From Gemmatimonadaceae bacterium (GTDB taxonomy: Bacteria; Gemmatimonadota; Gemmatimonadetes; Gemmatimonadales; Gemmatimonadaceae), in assembly GCA_040902005.1 (NCBI GenBank), contig JBBDYA010000133.1:6318-37882 (forward strand): a DNA stretch of 31,565 bases, given 5' to 3'. Below, one piece after another: positions 1 through 13,195 of this stretch. The notes below the pieces were generated by a model. The model was given only the letters and a program-made list of their open reading frames with translations, was not told where the DNA came from and did not search any database. The stretch's first letter is position 1, and each line of letters begins with the position of its first letter. Both the position numbers and the translations under genes were made by a program.

Positions 1-672
<672 letters not shown>

Positions 673-673
<1 letters not shown>

Positions 674-1674
674 CAGCGCTGGATCTGTTTCAGCTCGCCG
701 AGCTTCAACCCCGAGCGGGCCAGGTAGTAGAGGCCGAACACCGTGATCGGGATCATCGAGAGCACATGGTAGATGAGCGCCCAGGCGATGGCGAGACTCT
801 CCGTTACGCCATACAGGGAAAGACTCACGACGGCCGCCGCCTCGAAGAGGCCAAAGAATCCCGGTGTGGACGGGAGTGCCACGCCAATGACGATGAGCCC
901 CTGGACGAACAACGCCGCCGTGAAGGGGGCGTCGATGCCCACGGCGAAGAACATGATGTAGAATGCCGCGGCCTGCACCATCCAGTGCAGCAGCGCCCAC
1001 CAGAGAACGGACGCGAATCGCGCCGGATGCCGCAGGACGCTCAACCCGTCGGCGAACGAGCGCAGCATGGCGCGCCCGCGCTCCTCGAACGTTGGCGCGA
1101 CGCGACGCGCGAACAGCTCGTACAGGCGGATGAGGCGATCGGGAAAGAAGACGATCGCATACATCGCGAGTGCCAATGCAACCACGAGCGCGGCGCCGAG
1201 CACCGCAATCTCGACCGCCGATCGCCCCGCGATCGCGACATCCGCCGGAAAGCCCGGAGCCAGCATTGCGACGACCATGAGCGCCAGCACGACCACGGCG
1301 TCGAACGCGCGGTCGACGACGAGCGAGGCGAACGACGCCGAAAACGGCACGGGGGTAAGGCGCGACAGCATGAAGGCGCGCACCAGCTCGCCGGCCCGCG
1401 CCGGCAGCACGTTGTTCGCCATCATGCCGATCGCCGTCGCGCGCCAGAGCGGGTCGAAGGGCAGATTCGGCGCGATCGGGTCGAGGATCGGTCGCCAGCG
1501 CCGGGCGCGCAGCGGGAACATCAGCGTGCCCACCACGACCGCGATCGCCACGAGGAACGGGTTCGATTCGCGCAGGTGCGCCCGAACGTCGGCCCAGTGC
1601 ACGTCGTGAAACACCCACCAGAGCAGGAACACGGTCAGCGCCAGGCCGATCGCCCCGCGCCACGGGATCTTCAT
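673..1674 (-). CDS. Lysylphosphatidylglycerol synthase TM-domain / UPF0104 flippase-like membrane protein
   Basis: Multi-TM; RARRW, IGMMANNVLPARAGELVR, VVDRAFD and PSTPGFFGLFE motifs; start trimmed to MKIPWRG to avoid overlap with the upstream gene. Confidence 0.85.
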
Positions 1675-1684
1675 CGGGAGTGTG

Positions 1685-3379
<1,695 letters not shown>

Positions 3380-3387
3380 ACCGAAGT

Positions 3388-4137
3388 CTAGGACGACGCT
3401 CGTACCGAGTCCATCACATGTCGCAGCTCGCGCACGGCCTCGGCGAGTCCAATGAACACCGCGCGGCTCACCACGGCATGCCCGATGTTCAGCTCCTCGA
3501 TCGCGGGAATCCGCGCGACGGGGGCGACGTTGGCCACGGTGAGCCCGTGCCCGGCGTGCACCGCCAGGTCGAGCGAGGCGGCCAGCTGCGCGCACGTCTC
3601 GAGCGCGCGCAACGGGGCGTCATCGCCACCGCCGTGCGCATACGCGCCGGTGTGCAGCTCGACGGCCGCGGCGCCAAGCTCGCGCGAGAGCTCCACGACG
3701 CTCGGGTCGGGGCTGATGAAGAGACTCGTGCGAATGCCCGCGTCCTTCAGTCGCGCCAGCCCGTCGCGGAGGCGGTCGCCGTCCCGGGTGACGTCGAGCC
3801 CGCCCTCGGTGGTGATCTCCTGGCGGCGCTCGGGGACGATCGTCACCTGATGCGGACGCAGCCGCGTGGCGATGCCGATCATCTCGTCGGTGCAGGCCAT
3901 TTCCAGGTTGAGGACCGTGCGAACGCCTCGCGCCATCGCCTCGATGTCGTGGTCCTGGATATGGCGGCGGTCTTCCCGCAGGTGCGCGGTGATCCCGTCG
4001 GCGCCCGCGTCCTCCGCGACGCGCGCGGCAGCCACCGGGTCGGGCTCGAGGCCGCGCCGGGCCTGCCGCAACGTGGCCACGTGATCGATGTTGATGTAGA
4101 GCCGCTGCCGCCGCGTGAGATTCCGTGTTGCTGGCAT
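3388..4137 (-). CDS. pdxJ: Pyridoxine 5'-phosphate synthase
   Basis: NIDHVATLRQAR, GITAHLREDRRHI, VPERRQEITTEGGLDV, VELHTG, HAGHGL, ELNIGH motifs. Confidence 0.97.
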   Translation of the reverse strand: MPATRNLTRRQRLYINIDHVATLRQARRGLEPDPVAAARVAEDAGADGITAHLREDRRHIQDHDIEAMARGVRTVLNLEMACTDEMIGIATRLRPHQVTIVPERRQEITTEGGLDVTRDGDRLRDGLARLKDAGIRTSLFISPDPSVVELSRELGAAAVELHTGAYAHGGGDDAPLRALETCAQLAASLDLAVHAGHGLTVANVAPVARIPAIEELNIGHAVVSRAVFIGLAEAVRELRHVMDSVRASS

Positions 4138-4188
4138 TTCCGCCACCCGCTAAGGTTCGAACATCGGGCGAAGCCGGAGAGTGCGCGC

Positions 4189-4629
4189 GTGAAGAAGCTA
4201 GCGATAGTCCTGCTGCTGGTGGTGGCCTGCCGACGGCAGGTGGAGGTCGGGTCGCCCACGACGCCGAATACGCCAGGCGCCTCGACGCCAACCGAAGCGC
4301 TGGTGACGTTCATGGCCGCGGCCAAGGCGCAGGACCTGCAGGCCATGTCGAACATCTGGGGCTCCACGGCGGGGCCCGCGCGCGCGACCCTGTCCCGCGA
4401 GCAATGGGAACAGCGCGAGATCATCATGATGGGCTGCCTCAAGCACGACAGCTATCGAATGCTTGGTGAAACGGCCGCCCCTGGCGGCGAGCGCGTGATC
4501 CCCGTCGAGCTGAAGTACCGGGACTTGACGCCCACGACAAATTTCTCGATGACCGTCGGACCGTCGGGCCGCTGGTACGTGAAAATCTTCGAGATGGATC
4601 CGCTGCAGACGATCTGCCAGGCCCGATAG
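4189..4629 (+). CDS. Hypothetical lipoprotein, possibly NTF2-like/DUF4878-like
   Basis: GTG start after GGAGA; signal peptide KKLAIVLLLVVA-C (lipobox-like); TPTEALVTFMAA...GRWYV pattern. Confidence 0.65.
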   Translation: MKKLAIVLLLVVACRRQVEVGSPTTPNTPGASTPTEALVTFMAAAKAQDLQAMSNIWGSTAGPARATLSREQWEQREIIMMGCLKHDSYRMLGETAAPGGERVIPVELKYRDLTPTTNFSMTVGPSGRWYVKIFEMDPLQTICQAR

Positions 4630-4632
4630 GGG

Positions 4633-5049
4633 TCAGTGCTCGGTGAGTTCGATGAGAACGCCGGCGGTGGACGCCGGATGCAGGAAGGCGATGCGTTTGC
4701 CCTCGGCGCCGATGCGGGGTGTGTCGTCAATCAACCGGATGCTGGCTCGCCGGCAGCGGTCCAGGACGGCCGCGAGGTCGTCGACCGCGAAACAGATGTG
4801 GTGAATGCCGGGTCCGCGCCGGGCGATGAACTTGCCGATCGGAGAGTCCGGGGCTTCGGCCTCGAGCAATTCCACCAGCGAGTCGCCCGCGCGCAGGCCA
4901 GTGATGCGGGCGCCGTCGGCGTCATCGAGCGGTTCGAGGGTGGGGGGCAGTTGCAGGACGTCGCGATAGAACGGCAGGACCTGGTCGAGCACTTCAACGG
5001 CGATGCCGATGTGCGCGATCCGGGTGCCACGGGCCGTGGCGTTGTTCAT
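4633..5049 (-). CDS. mce: Methylmalonyl-CoA epimerase (VOC family)
   Basis: IAHIGIAV, VELLE, SPIGKFIARRGPGIHHICFAV, IAFLHP, GVLIELTE; GGAG before the ATG at 5049. Confidence 0.9.
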   Translation of the reverse strand: MNNATARGTRIAHIGIAVEVLDQVLPFYRDVLQLPPTLEPLDDADGARITGLRAGDSLVELLEAEAPDSPIGKFIARRGPGIHHICFAVDDLAAVLDRCRRASIRLIDDTPRIGAEGKRIAFLHPASTAGVLIELTEH

Positions 5050-5087
5050 GCGGGGGCGCTCCTGCGATGGGGGGGGGGGGCGCACAG

Positions 5088-5099
5088 AATCTATAGAAT
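5088..5099. promoter_or_regulatory. Back-to-back putative -10 boxes for divergent mce and trxA
   Basis: AT-rich patch in GC-rich DNA: TAGATT on minus (5088-5093) abutting TAGAAT on plus (5094-5099). Confidence 0.45.
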
Positions 5100-5155
5100 A
5101 GAGTGCCCGGCGCGCGGGCATTCGGGTCTCTCACGATGAAGGGAGGGGAGTGGAC

Positions 5156-5485
5156 ATGGCGGACAACACCCACGCGGTGACGGACGAGAACTTCGAGGCG
5201 GAGATCGAACAGCACGATGGCCTCGCCGTCGTTGACTTCTGGGCAACGTGGTGCGGACCGTGCCGGATGATCGCGCCGATCCTCGAACAGCTGGCCGGAG
5301 AGTACGCGGGGAAGGTCAAGGTGGCCAAGCTCGACGTGGACACGAACATCAAGACCGCCACGCGATTCAACGTGCGGTCCATTCCGCTGCTGCTGTTCTT
5401 CAAGGACGGCAAGGTCGTGGATCAGATCGTCGGTGCCGTGCCCAAGACGCACATCGAAACCAAGCTTCAGCAGCACGCGGCATAA
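5156..5485 (+). CDS. trxA: Thioredoxin
   Basis: VDFWATWCGPC active site, SIP cis-Pro loop, strong GGAGG SD. Confidence 0.97.
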   Translation: MADNTHAVTDENFEAEIEQHDGLAVVDFWATWCGPCRMIAPILEQLAGEYAGKVKVAKLDVDTNIKTATRFNVRSIPLLLFFKDGKVVDQIVGAVPKTHIETKLQQHAA

Positions 5486-5550
5486 GACGCCGGGCGGTGG
5501 CTGGCTCCCGGCATTGCCGGGGGTGATGCCGCGGCCGATATTGCGTTCAC

Positions 5551-6528
5551 ATGCCTGCGATCGTCGCGGGGCTTCGCTTCCCGCACGCGCGAGTGCTGTT
5601 GCCTCGCACCCGCCTCGCTTACGTCCATCTTCGCAACCTGCTGACCGACGCCAAGCGCGACCGGTCGGCGCGCGTGTCCGGTTACGTGGCGGTGTGGCTG
5701 CCGGAGGAGTTCGTCCTGCTGTATCTCCAGCGCGGCGAGATCGTGAACGCGACGATCATGGACAAGACCGGCTGGCGTCCCACCGCGATCAGTTCGGCGC
5801 TGGAGCGCATCCCTGCGGAACCCGAATACGGCGAGATCTGCTTTCACGAAGCCGACAACGATCAGTTGGCGTCCATGTTCACCGCCCAGACCGAACGGGA
5901 GGATCCGTGGCCACACGATCTCCAGGTGGCCGATCCCGCGGCGCTGTTCCCGTTCCTGATGTCGGTGATGTTCGACGGCGTCGTGGAGATCGTGTCCGAT
6001 GGCACGGTGAACTACCTGCTGTTTCGCGCGGGGGCGGTGGAGCGCGCCTTCCTGTCCTTCCAGGCCACCGGGTCGATCGTGGAGCGCGTGGCCAAGCTGT
6101 TCGCCCCGGGCAGCCGGGTCACGGAAGGGAAGTTCCGCCGGTGGCAGTCTGTCGATCCGCTGCCGGTGCAGGCGGCGCCCGCGCTGATCCAGGCCTACCG
6201 CGATCTGAGTAACGCCCTCGTGCAGCGACTCGTGTCCGACGGTCGCGAGAGCGCGCCCGCGATCGCGGAACAGGCGCGCCAGAACCTGATGCACCAGCAC
6301 CCGGAGCTGGAGAGCTTCTCCATCGGCAACCGGCCCACGCGCGAGCCCATCGCCGACTCGGACCGGCTCACGGGCGCGATCGCGTCCTGGCTCGCGGAGG
6401 TCATGTGGGCGGCGGCCGATCACGATTCGGCGCCACCCGAGGCGCTGCTGAAGGAACTCACGTGGGAGCGGCGTCACATGTTCCAGTCCGCCGGATTCTA
6501 CGACCGGATGCCGTGGAAGGTGATGTGA
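5551..6528 (+). CDS. Hypothetical protein with two DUF4388/PATAN-like repeats
   Basis: 325-aa ORF between trxA and rsmI; VSGYVAV..LLYLQRGEIVNA and FDGVVEI..YLLFRAGAVERA repeat the same pattern. Confidence 0.7.
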   Translation: MPAIVAGLRFPHARVLLPRTRLAYVHLRNLLTDAKRDRSARVSGYVAVWLPEEFVLLYLQRGEIVNATIMDKTGWRPTAISSALERIPAEPEYGEICFHEADNDQLASMFTAQTEREDPWPHDLQVADPAALFPFLMSVMFDGVVEIVSDGTVNYLLFRAGAVERAFLSFQATGSIVERVAKLFAPGSRVTEGKFRRWQSVDPLPVQAAPALIQAYRDLSNALVQRLVSDGRESAPAIAEQARQNLMHQHPELESFSIGNRPTREPIADSDRLTGAIASWLAEVMWAAADHDSAPPEALLKELTWERRHMFQSAGFYDRMPWKVM

Positions 6529-6532
6529 CGGC

Positions 6533-7441
6533 ATGACGCCCGACGAGCCGTCATCGACGCGCGATCCAGGGACGTTGTACATCGTCAGCACCCCCATCGG
6601 CAACATGGGGGATTTTTCTTTCCGTGCGGTCGAGGTGCTGCGGTCCGCCAGCGTGGTGCTGGCGGAGGACACGCGCCATTCGCGCGCGCTGCTGGACCGG
6701 TATGACATCGGGACGCGGATGTCGTCGTACCACGAGCACAACGAAGCGAAGGTTACGCCACGGCTCGTGGAGCGCCTGCGGGCCGGCGAGGACATCGCGC
6801 TGATCACCGACGCCGGAACGCCGCTGCTGTCCGATCCGGGCGAACGACTGGTTCGGGCCGCGATCGACGCGGGGATCTCCATCGTTCCGGTGCCTGGCGC
6901 TTCCGCGCTCCTGCCGGCGCTGGTCGCGTCCGGGCTGCCCGCCGACTGCTTCACCTTCTTCGGGTTCCTGCCGCGTCGCGGGAAGGAGCGGGCCGGTGTG
7001 CTCGACGCGATCGCCTCGTCACGGCATACGGCCGTCCTGTACGAGGCGCCCGGACGCGTGGCCGATTCGCTGCGGGATCTGGCGGACCGGGCGGGCGGCG
7101 AGCGCGCGGCGGTCGTTGCCCGCGAGATGACCAAGCAATTCGAGGAGTTCAGGCGGGGAACGCTGGAGGCCTTGTGCGCGTATTACACAGATGCGCCGCC
7201 GCGAGGGGAAGTCGTGATCGTGATTGCCGGAGCCGCGCCCGCGGTGCCGGACGAAGCCGCGCTGTCGGGCGACGCGCGCGCGCTGCGCGCGAGCGGACTG
7301 AGCGTCCGCGACGTAGCGGCCGAGCTGGCCAGCCGTGGCGTGCCGCGCAATGTGGCGTATCGGCTGGCGCGCGCGGCGGAGATCGGAGATGCGACATCTG
7401 CAACGGGCGCGGAATCGGTCGCGGACGTGGACGATGTCTAG
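6533..7441 (+). CDS. rsmI: 16S rRNA (cytidine1402-2'-O)-methyltransferase
   Basis: GTLYIVSTPIGN, AEDTRH, TDAGTPLLSDPG, VPGASA, FFGFLP, YEAPGR, REMTKQFEE. Confidence 0.96.
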   Translation: MTPDEPSSTRDPGTLYIVSTPIGNMGDFSFRAVEVLRSASVVLAEDTRHSRALLDRYDIGTRMSSYHEHNEAKVTPRLVERLRAGEDIALITDAGTPLLSDPGERLVRAAIDAGISIVPVPGASALLPALVASGLPADCFTFFGFLPRRGKERAGVLDAIASSRHTAVLYEAPGRVADSLRDLADRAGGERAAVVAREMTKQFEEFRRGTLEALCAYYTDAPPRGEVVIVIAGAAPAVPDEAALSGDARALRASGLSVRDVAAELASRGVPRNVAYRLARAAEIGDATSATGAESVADVDDV

Positions 7442-8165
7442 GTCGCGCGCGCTGGTGCTGCTGGGCGCAGCCGTCGCCGTGACGCTGCTCTCGGCCGCCC
7501 ATGCGCCACGTCCCCTGTCCCACGGACACGGTGCAGCCGCCGGCGGTCATGCGGCGTCCATCCGTCTGACCATCGCGCGCCTCCAGTACGACGGCGGTGG
7601 CGACTGGTATGCGAACCCGTCCAGCCTGCCGAACCTGCTGGAGGCGATCCGGCTGCGCACGTCGCTCAAGGTAGAGCAGGCAGAAGTCCGGGTTCGGCTC
7701 ACTGACGAGCGGCTCTGGGATTTTCCGTTCCTGCACGCCACCGGGCACGGGAACATCCGCCTGAGCGACGCGGAGGTCGCGCGACTGCGGGAGTACCTCC
7801 TGCGCGGCGGGTTCCTGCACGTCAGTGACAACTACGGCCTGGACACCGCGTTCCGACGCGAGATCGCCCGCGTCTTTCCCGAGCGTCCGCTGGTGGACGT
7901 GCCGGTGACGCATGCGATCTACCATCTGGTGTACGAGTTCCCGAACGGCGTGCCGAAGATCCACGAGCACGACGGGAAACCCGCGCGCGGGTTCGGGATA
8001 TTCATTGGCGATCGCCTGGCGGTGTTCTACGATTATGAGAGCGACCTTGGCAACGGCTGGGAGGATCCCACGGTGCACAACGATCCACCCGAGCTGCACG
8101 AGGCGGCGCTCCGCATGGGCATCAACCTCTTCACGTACGCGGTCTCCAGCAGGCCCCTGCCATGA
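7434..8165 (+). CDS. DUF4159 domain protein, exported
   Basis: Signal peptide; IARLQYDGGGDWYANPSSLPNL, TGHGNI, LREYLLRGGFL, SDLGNGWED, ALRMGINL. Confidence 0.85.
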   Translation: MSRSRALVLLGAAVAVTLLSAAHAPRPLSHGHGAAAGGHAASIRLTIARLQYDGGGDWYANPSSLPNLLEAIRLRTSLKVEQAEVRVRLTDERLWDFPFLHATGHGNIRLSDAEVARLREYLLRGGFLHVSDNYGLDTAFRREIARVFPERPLVDVPVTHAIYHLVYEFPNGVPKIHEHDGKPARGFGIFIGDRLAVFYDYESDLGNGWEDPTVHNDPPELHEAALRMGINLFTYAVSSRPLP

Positions 8166-11100
8166 CCGTCATCGAATTCGTCGAGCGCGAGCGCGCCCGG
8201 CTGCGCCTGATGGACGTCGCGGCAGCGGTTTCGCTGCTGCTGGTGGTGAGCGTGAGCATCATCGCGGCGGGCGCCCTGCTGCTCGGTGAGTCGCGGTGGA
8301 TCGCGCTGCCCCGGGCGACGCCGGCGCTGGTGTGGACCGTGCTCGCGCTCGCGAACGGCGGGGTAATCTGGTGGGCGGGGCGGCGCTTGCGCCGCGAGCT
8401 GGCGCGGCCGGCGGTCGCGGCGGTGATCGAGCGGGAGCAGACGCTGCGCGCCGGCGCGCTGCGGGGCGTCATGGAAGTGGACGAGGGGAGCGCGCTGGGC
8501 CGGCGGGCGGACCGGGCGCTGGCGGCGCAGCTCGCCGGACGCGGCCCGCGTCTCGCGCCCGCGATGCAGCGCGCGAGCCGGCTGCGCGCCCTGCGCGCGC
8601 TCGGCGTGGCGGTTGTCACGCTGGCGCTGCTCCTGGGGGCCGCGCCGTGGCTCAGCGACGGGTTGCTCGCCATTCGCCATCCGATCGCCGCCTGGCGCGG
8701 GACGCTGATTCCGGCGCTCCGGTTCGCGGACCTGCCGGACGAGCTGCTGCGCGGGGAGTCGCTGCGCATCGTCATCGAGGCGGGCGGGCGCCGCACGCTG
8801 CAGCTGCGGTCGCGCGCCACCGGTGAGGGGTGGCGCGACATGACGCTCACGGTGGACAGTCTCACCGGCCGGGCCGGCACCACGCTGGGACCCGTGCGCG
8901 GCGACCTGATCCTGGTCGCGTCCGATGGGCGGAGCGCCACCGACACAACGATCGTCCGCGTGACCGACCGGCCATTCGTCGGCGGCGTGGTGCTGCGCGC
9001 GCTCTACCCGGCGTACCTCGGGCGCGGCCCGGAAGGACTGCCGGTGGGCGAGCTGGCGCGCGTGCCGCGCGGGACCATCATCGAGATCGACGGGCGCGCG
9101 TCCTCCACGCTCGATCGGGTGTACGTGCGCGGCGAACGCGACTCGGTGGTGTTCCGCACCAGCGGCCACTCGTTCGCCGGGCGGATGCAGCCCACGGCCG
9201 GCGGACGCTGGGACTGGTTCGCGTTCGGGCCGCGCGGTGCCATCGACGACGTGCCGCTCCCGCTGGAGATCGAGGTCATTCCGGACTCCGCGCCGCGCAT
9301 CGAGCTGGTCTCGCCGGCCACGGACACGGTCATCGCGACCACGGACCGCGTGATGCTCGAGGTCACCGCGACCGACGATCACGGGCTGTCGTCCATCGAG
9401 TTGCACACCGCGCGGCACCCCGCGGGCGGGCGCGCCGAGGCCGTGGTCGCGCAGCGGCTGTCGTCGTCGCAGGGCACGGTGTGGAACGGCACCCCCACGG
9501 TGGACATGTCCACGCGCGGGCTGCACCCCGGCGACGCGCTGCGGCTCACGATCGTGGCGGTGGACAACTCGCCGTGGGCCCAGCGCGGTGAATCGCGCGA
9601 GCTGGTGCTGCGCGTGCCGACGATGGAGGAGCGGCGTTCGCTCGCGCGGGACGCGGCGGATTCCGTGGTCAACGAGGCCGTGTCCGCCGCGGCGGCGCAG
9701 AAGTCGCTCGAACAGCGCACGACGGACGCATCCCGCGAGCGCGGCGACCGGGCGAACGAGAACGCCGCGAGCCCCGGCGCCGACGCGGCGCGGGGGGGGG
9801 GGAGCGCGCGAACGCGAAATGAGCTTCGCGTCCGCGGAAAAGGCGCGCGCGCTGGCGCAGGAACAGCGCGAACTGGCCGACCGGGTGGAGCAGCTGAAGG
9901 AGGCGGCGGCGCAACTCGAGGAGCAGTTGCGGCAGGCGTCTGCCCTCGACTCCGCCCTGGCCAGCCAGCTGCGCGAGGCGCAGGACCTTTTGCGCGACGC
10001 GCTCACGCCGGACATGCTGGCGCAGATGCAGAAGCTCGAGAACGCCACGCGCGATCTGTCGGGCGAACAGGCGCGCGACGCGCTGAAGGACCTCGCCGAG
10101 ATGCAGCGGCGCCTGCGCGAGCAATTGGAGAAGAGCGCGGAAATGCTCAAGCGCGCGGCGCTGGAAGGCGCGATGGAAACGCTCAAGGATGAAGCGAAGG
10201 ACATCGCCGGGCAGCAGCGCGAACTGGCGGACTCGTCGCGGTCGATGGGCCAACGAGAGGGTAACGAACAGGGGCGCCAGCTCGCGGATCGCTCGGAGCG
10301 CCTGTCGAATGATGTCGGGAAGCTGCAGGACCGGCTCGCCGGCCAGAAGGCCGACGCCGCGGCGCAGAAGGCCGCCTCCGCCAGGGAGAATGCGTCTGCG
10401 TCGGAGGAGTCGATGCGGCAGCAGGACGCGCGTGGTGCCTCCGAGAAGATGGAGCAGGCCGCGCAGGACATGCAGGATGCCCGCGACCAGCAGGTGGGCG
10501 AATGGAAGAAGGAGCTGACCGAGGCGCTCGACGAATCCATCCAGGAGCTGCTCCAGATGGCGCGCGAAGAGTCCGCGATGGAACAGCAGGCGCGGGCGGC
10601 GGGAGAGGACAATGCGAAGCGGGACCAGTTGCGCGGCCAGCAGAGCGCCGTGAAGCAGGGAGTGGAGCGGACCGCGGAGCGCCTGCAGCGGGAAGCGCAG
10701 AAGTCATCGCTGGTGTCCGGTCGCGCGCAGCGGGCGATGGCCGAGGCGTCGCAGCGCGTGGAGCAGGCGATGCAGCAGACGACGGAGCCGCGCGGCGGAC
10801 AGCAGACCGCGAGTTCGCTTGGCGAGGCGGCCGAGGCGCTGAATCGGGCGGCGGCCGCGCTGGCGCGCGACCGGGAACGCGCGAACAGCGCGAGTTCGGC
10901 AACCGGCTTCGCGGAAATGATGCAGCAGCTGCAGGAGATGGCCCGTCGCCAGGGATCGATCAACGCGCAGGCGCAGGGACTGATGCCGATGCCCGGCCAG
11001 GGGCAAATGGGCGCGGACGCGCAGGCCACCGCGCGCGCCCTTGCCCGCCAGCAGCGCGGCATCGCCAACCAGCTGGACGAGCTGGGCGACGCCGCGGGCG

Positions 11101-11444
11101 GCGAACGGGCCGGCGAACTCGCGAAAGAGGCACGGCAGCTTGCGGAAGCGCTCGAGCAGACGCGTGTGGACGCGGCGACGGTCGCGCGCCAGCAGCAGCT
11201 CTTCCGCCGGCTGCTCGACGCCGGACGGTCGCTGGAGAAGGAGGAGCGCGAGGACGACCAGGAGAAGCGTGAAGCCCGTGCGGCGTCCGGCGACGACCGC
11301 TTCGACCCGGGGAGCGGCGCGGCCTCCGGCAGCGCGGCGTCGCGGTTCCGCGAACCCGCGTGGAGCGATCTGCGCGGGCTGACGGCCGATGAGCGTCGGG
11401 CGATTCTCGAGTATTTCAAGCGAATCAATGCGCCCCGGCCGTAG
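8162..11444 (+). CDS. DUF4175-like large membrane-anchored coiled-coil protein (frameshift at G11, 9792-9802)
   Basis: ORF 8162..10192 (TM helices, beta-rich domains, DSAPRIELVSP, ATDDHGL) joins ORF 9588..11444 (Q/E-rich coiled coil ending ILEYFKRI) if one G is removed, giving ~1093 aa; ATGA overlap with the DUF4159 gene. Confidence 0.75.
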
Positions 11445-13195
11445 CGCGTTCCTGTCAGCGGCGTGCCGAAAGCCGCTGGCGGTGCTGCTCGTGATGGCAT
11501 TCAACGTATTACCGGCACAGGCGCCGCCCACCGGGGACTCGACGTCGTTCTTTCGCGCGCTCGCGCTCGAGGACTCGGGGAAGTACCGCGAGGCAGCGGC
11601 GTTGTTTCGCCAGGCGCTGTCCGGCCCGTCGGCGGTGAGCGCGCTACTCGGGCTGGAGCGCTCGTACGCCGAGATCGGATGGACCGACTCGCTGCTCGCG
11701 CCGCTCGACACCATGATCCGCGCGAATCCGCACGAGGCGATATTTCGCGCGGTCCAGCTGCGCAGTCTGCAGACCCTGGGACGCGACACGGACCTGACCG
11801 TGGCGTTCGAGCGCTGGACGCAGGACGTGCCGCGGGATCCGCGGCCGTATCGCGAGTACGCGCGGCTGCTGCTGGAGCGTGGTCTGGCGCAGCGCGCGGA
11901 CAGCGTGCTGCTGCGCGCGCGCGCCGCGCTGGGCGCCACCGGCGATTTGCAACTCGAGATCGCGCAGACGCGCGCGGCGATGGGGCAGTGGGAGGAATCC
12001 GCGGCGGCCTGGCGCGCGGCGCTCGCGTCGGCGCCGTATCTCGAGCAGGCGGCCGGGTATGCGCTGACGCCGGCGCCGACCGCGATTCGCGACGCGATCC
12101 GGGCGCAATTCTTCGCGCCGCCGCTGCTGGTGGCCGCGCGGCGCGCGCTCGCCACGCTGGAGGCGGCGTGGGGTTCGCCCGCCAACGGATGGCTGGCCCT
12201 GCGCGACCTGCCGCCGGACAGCACGAGCGCGGCGGCCTGGCTGGACTTCGCGGGGCGGGCGGAGGCGGAGGAGCGCTGGACTCACGCGCGAGAAGCCCTG
12301 TCGTCCGTGCTGCGCTGGCGCGCGTCGCCGGAGATTTCGCTGCGGGCGGCGATCGCGGCTCTCAACAGCGGCGATCCGGCCGGAGCCCTCGCCATCGCGC
12401 CGCTGACCGCCGATGGTGCGGACTCGGCCCGCGTGGCGCGCACCCTCCTGCCGGTACACGTGCGCGCGCTGGCCGCGCTGGGACGCCCCGCCACGGCCGA
12501 ACGGCTGGTTGCCTCCTACGATCGGTGGCTCACGCCCACGAGCAAGGCGACGCTGGCGCGGTCGATTGCCTTCGGCTGGGTGCGGATCGGCGACATGACG
12601 CGGGCGCGCGGCGCGCTACGCTCCGCGGGGCCGGAGGCCGATTCGAGCGACGCGGCCGGATGGCTGGCGCTCTACACCGGCGACCTGAAGAGCGCGCGCA
12701 AGCTGCTGCGTTCCAGCGGGGACGCCTCGCCAGAGCTCGCCCTGGCGCTCGCGCTCATCGCGCGCATCAAGGACGACACCGCGGTGCAGCTGGGCCAGGC
12801 GTTCCTGACGCTGGCGCGCGGCGACACGGCGCGCGCGGCGACGGCGCTGCTGGAATCCATTGACCACCTGCCTACGGTCGCGTCGCTGCTGCTGTACACC
12901 GCCGCGCAGCTGCGCCTGGCATCCCGGGACGAGGCGGGCGCGGTCCCCCTCTGGACGCGCGTGGTGCAAGAGTATGCCTCCAGCGCGGAGGCCCCGGCGG
13001 CGGAGCTCGAGTGGGCGCGATCGCTGCGGCGCGGCGGCGACCGTGCGTCGGCGGCCGGACGGCTGGAGCACCTGATTCTCACGTATCCAGGCAGTGCGCT
13101 GGTGCCGCAGGCGCGGCGCGATCTCGAGCTCCTGCGCAATACGAGGGGGGGGGCAATACGATTCCCCCCCCCCTCCCCCCTCGCCAACGCCATGA
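11428..13195 (+). CDS. Exported tetratricopeptide-repeat protein (appears fused to the next gene in this assembly)
   Basis: Signal peptide (..VLPAQA), Ala/Leu-rich helical repeats, C-terminal LILTYPGSALVPQAR; probable true stop TGA 13193-13195 overlapping the next ATG. Confidence 0.7.

Noticed and set aside
8033..11500. 1155-aa minus-strand ORF and other long overlapping ORFs (e.g. 766..2292, 1682..3373, 5467..7134, 20511..22181)
   Set aside because: Antisense or off-frame shadows of recognisable genes in high-GC DNA; Arg/Ser/Ala-rich with no motifs
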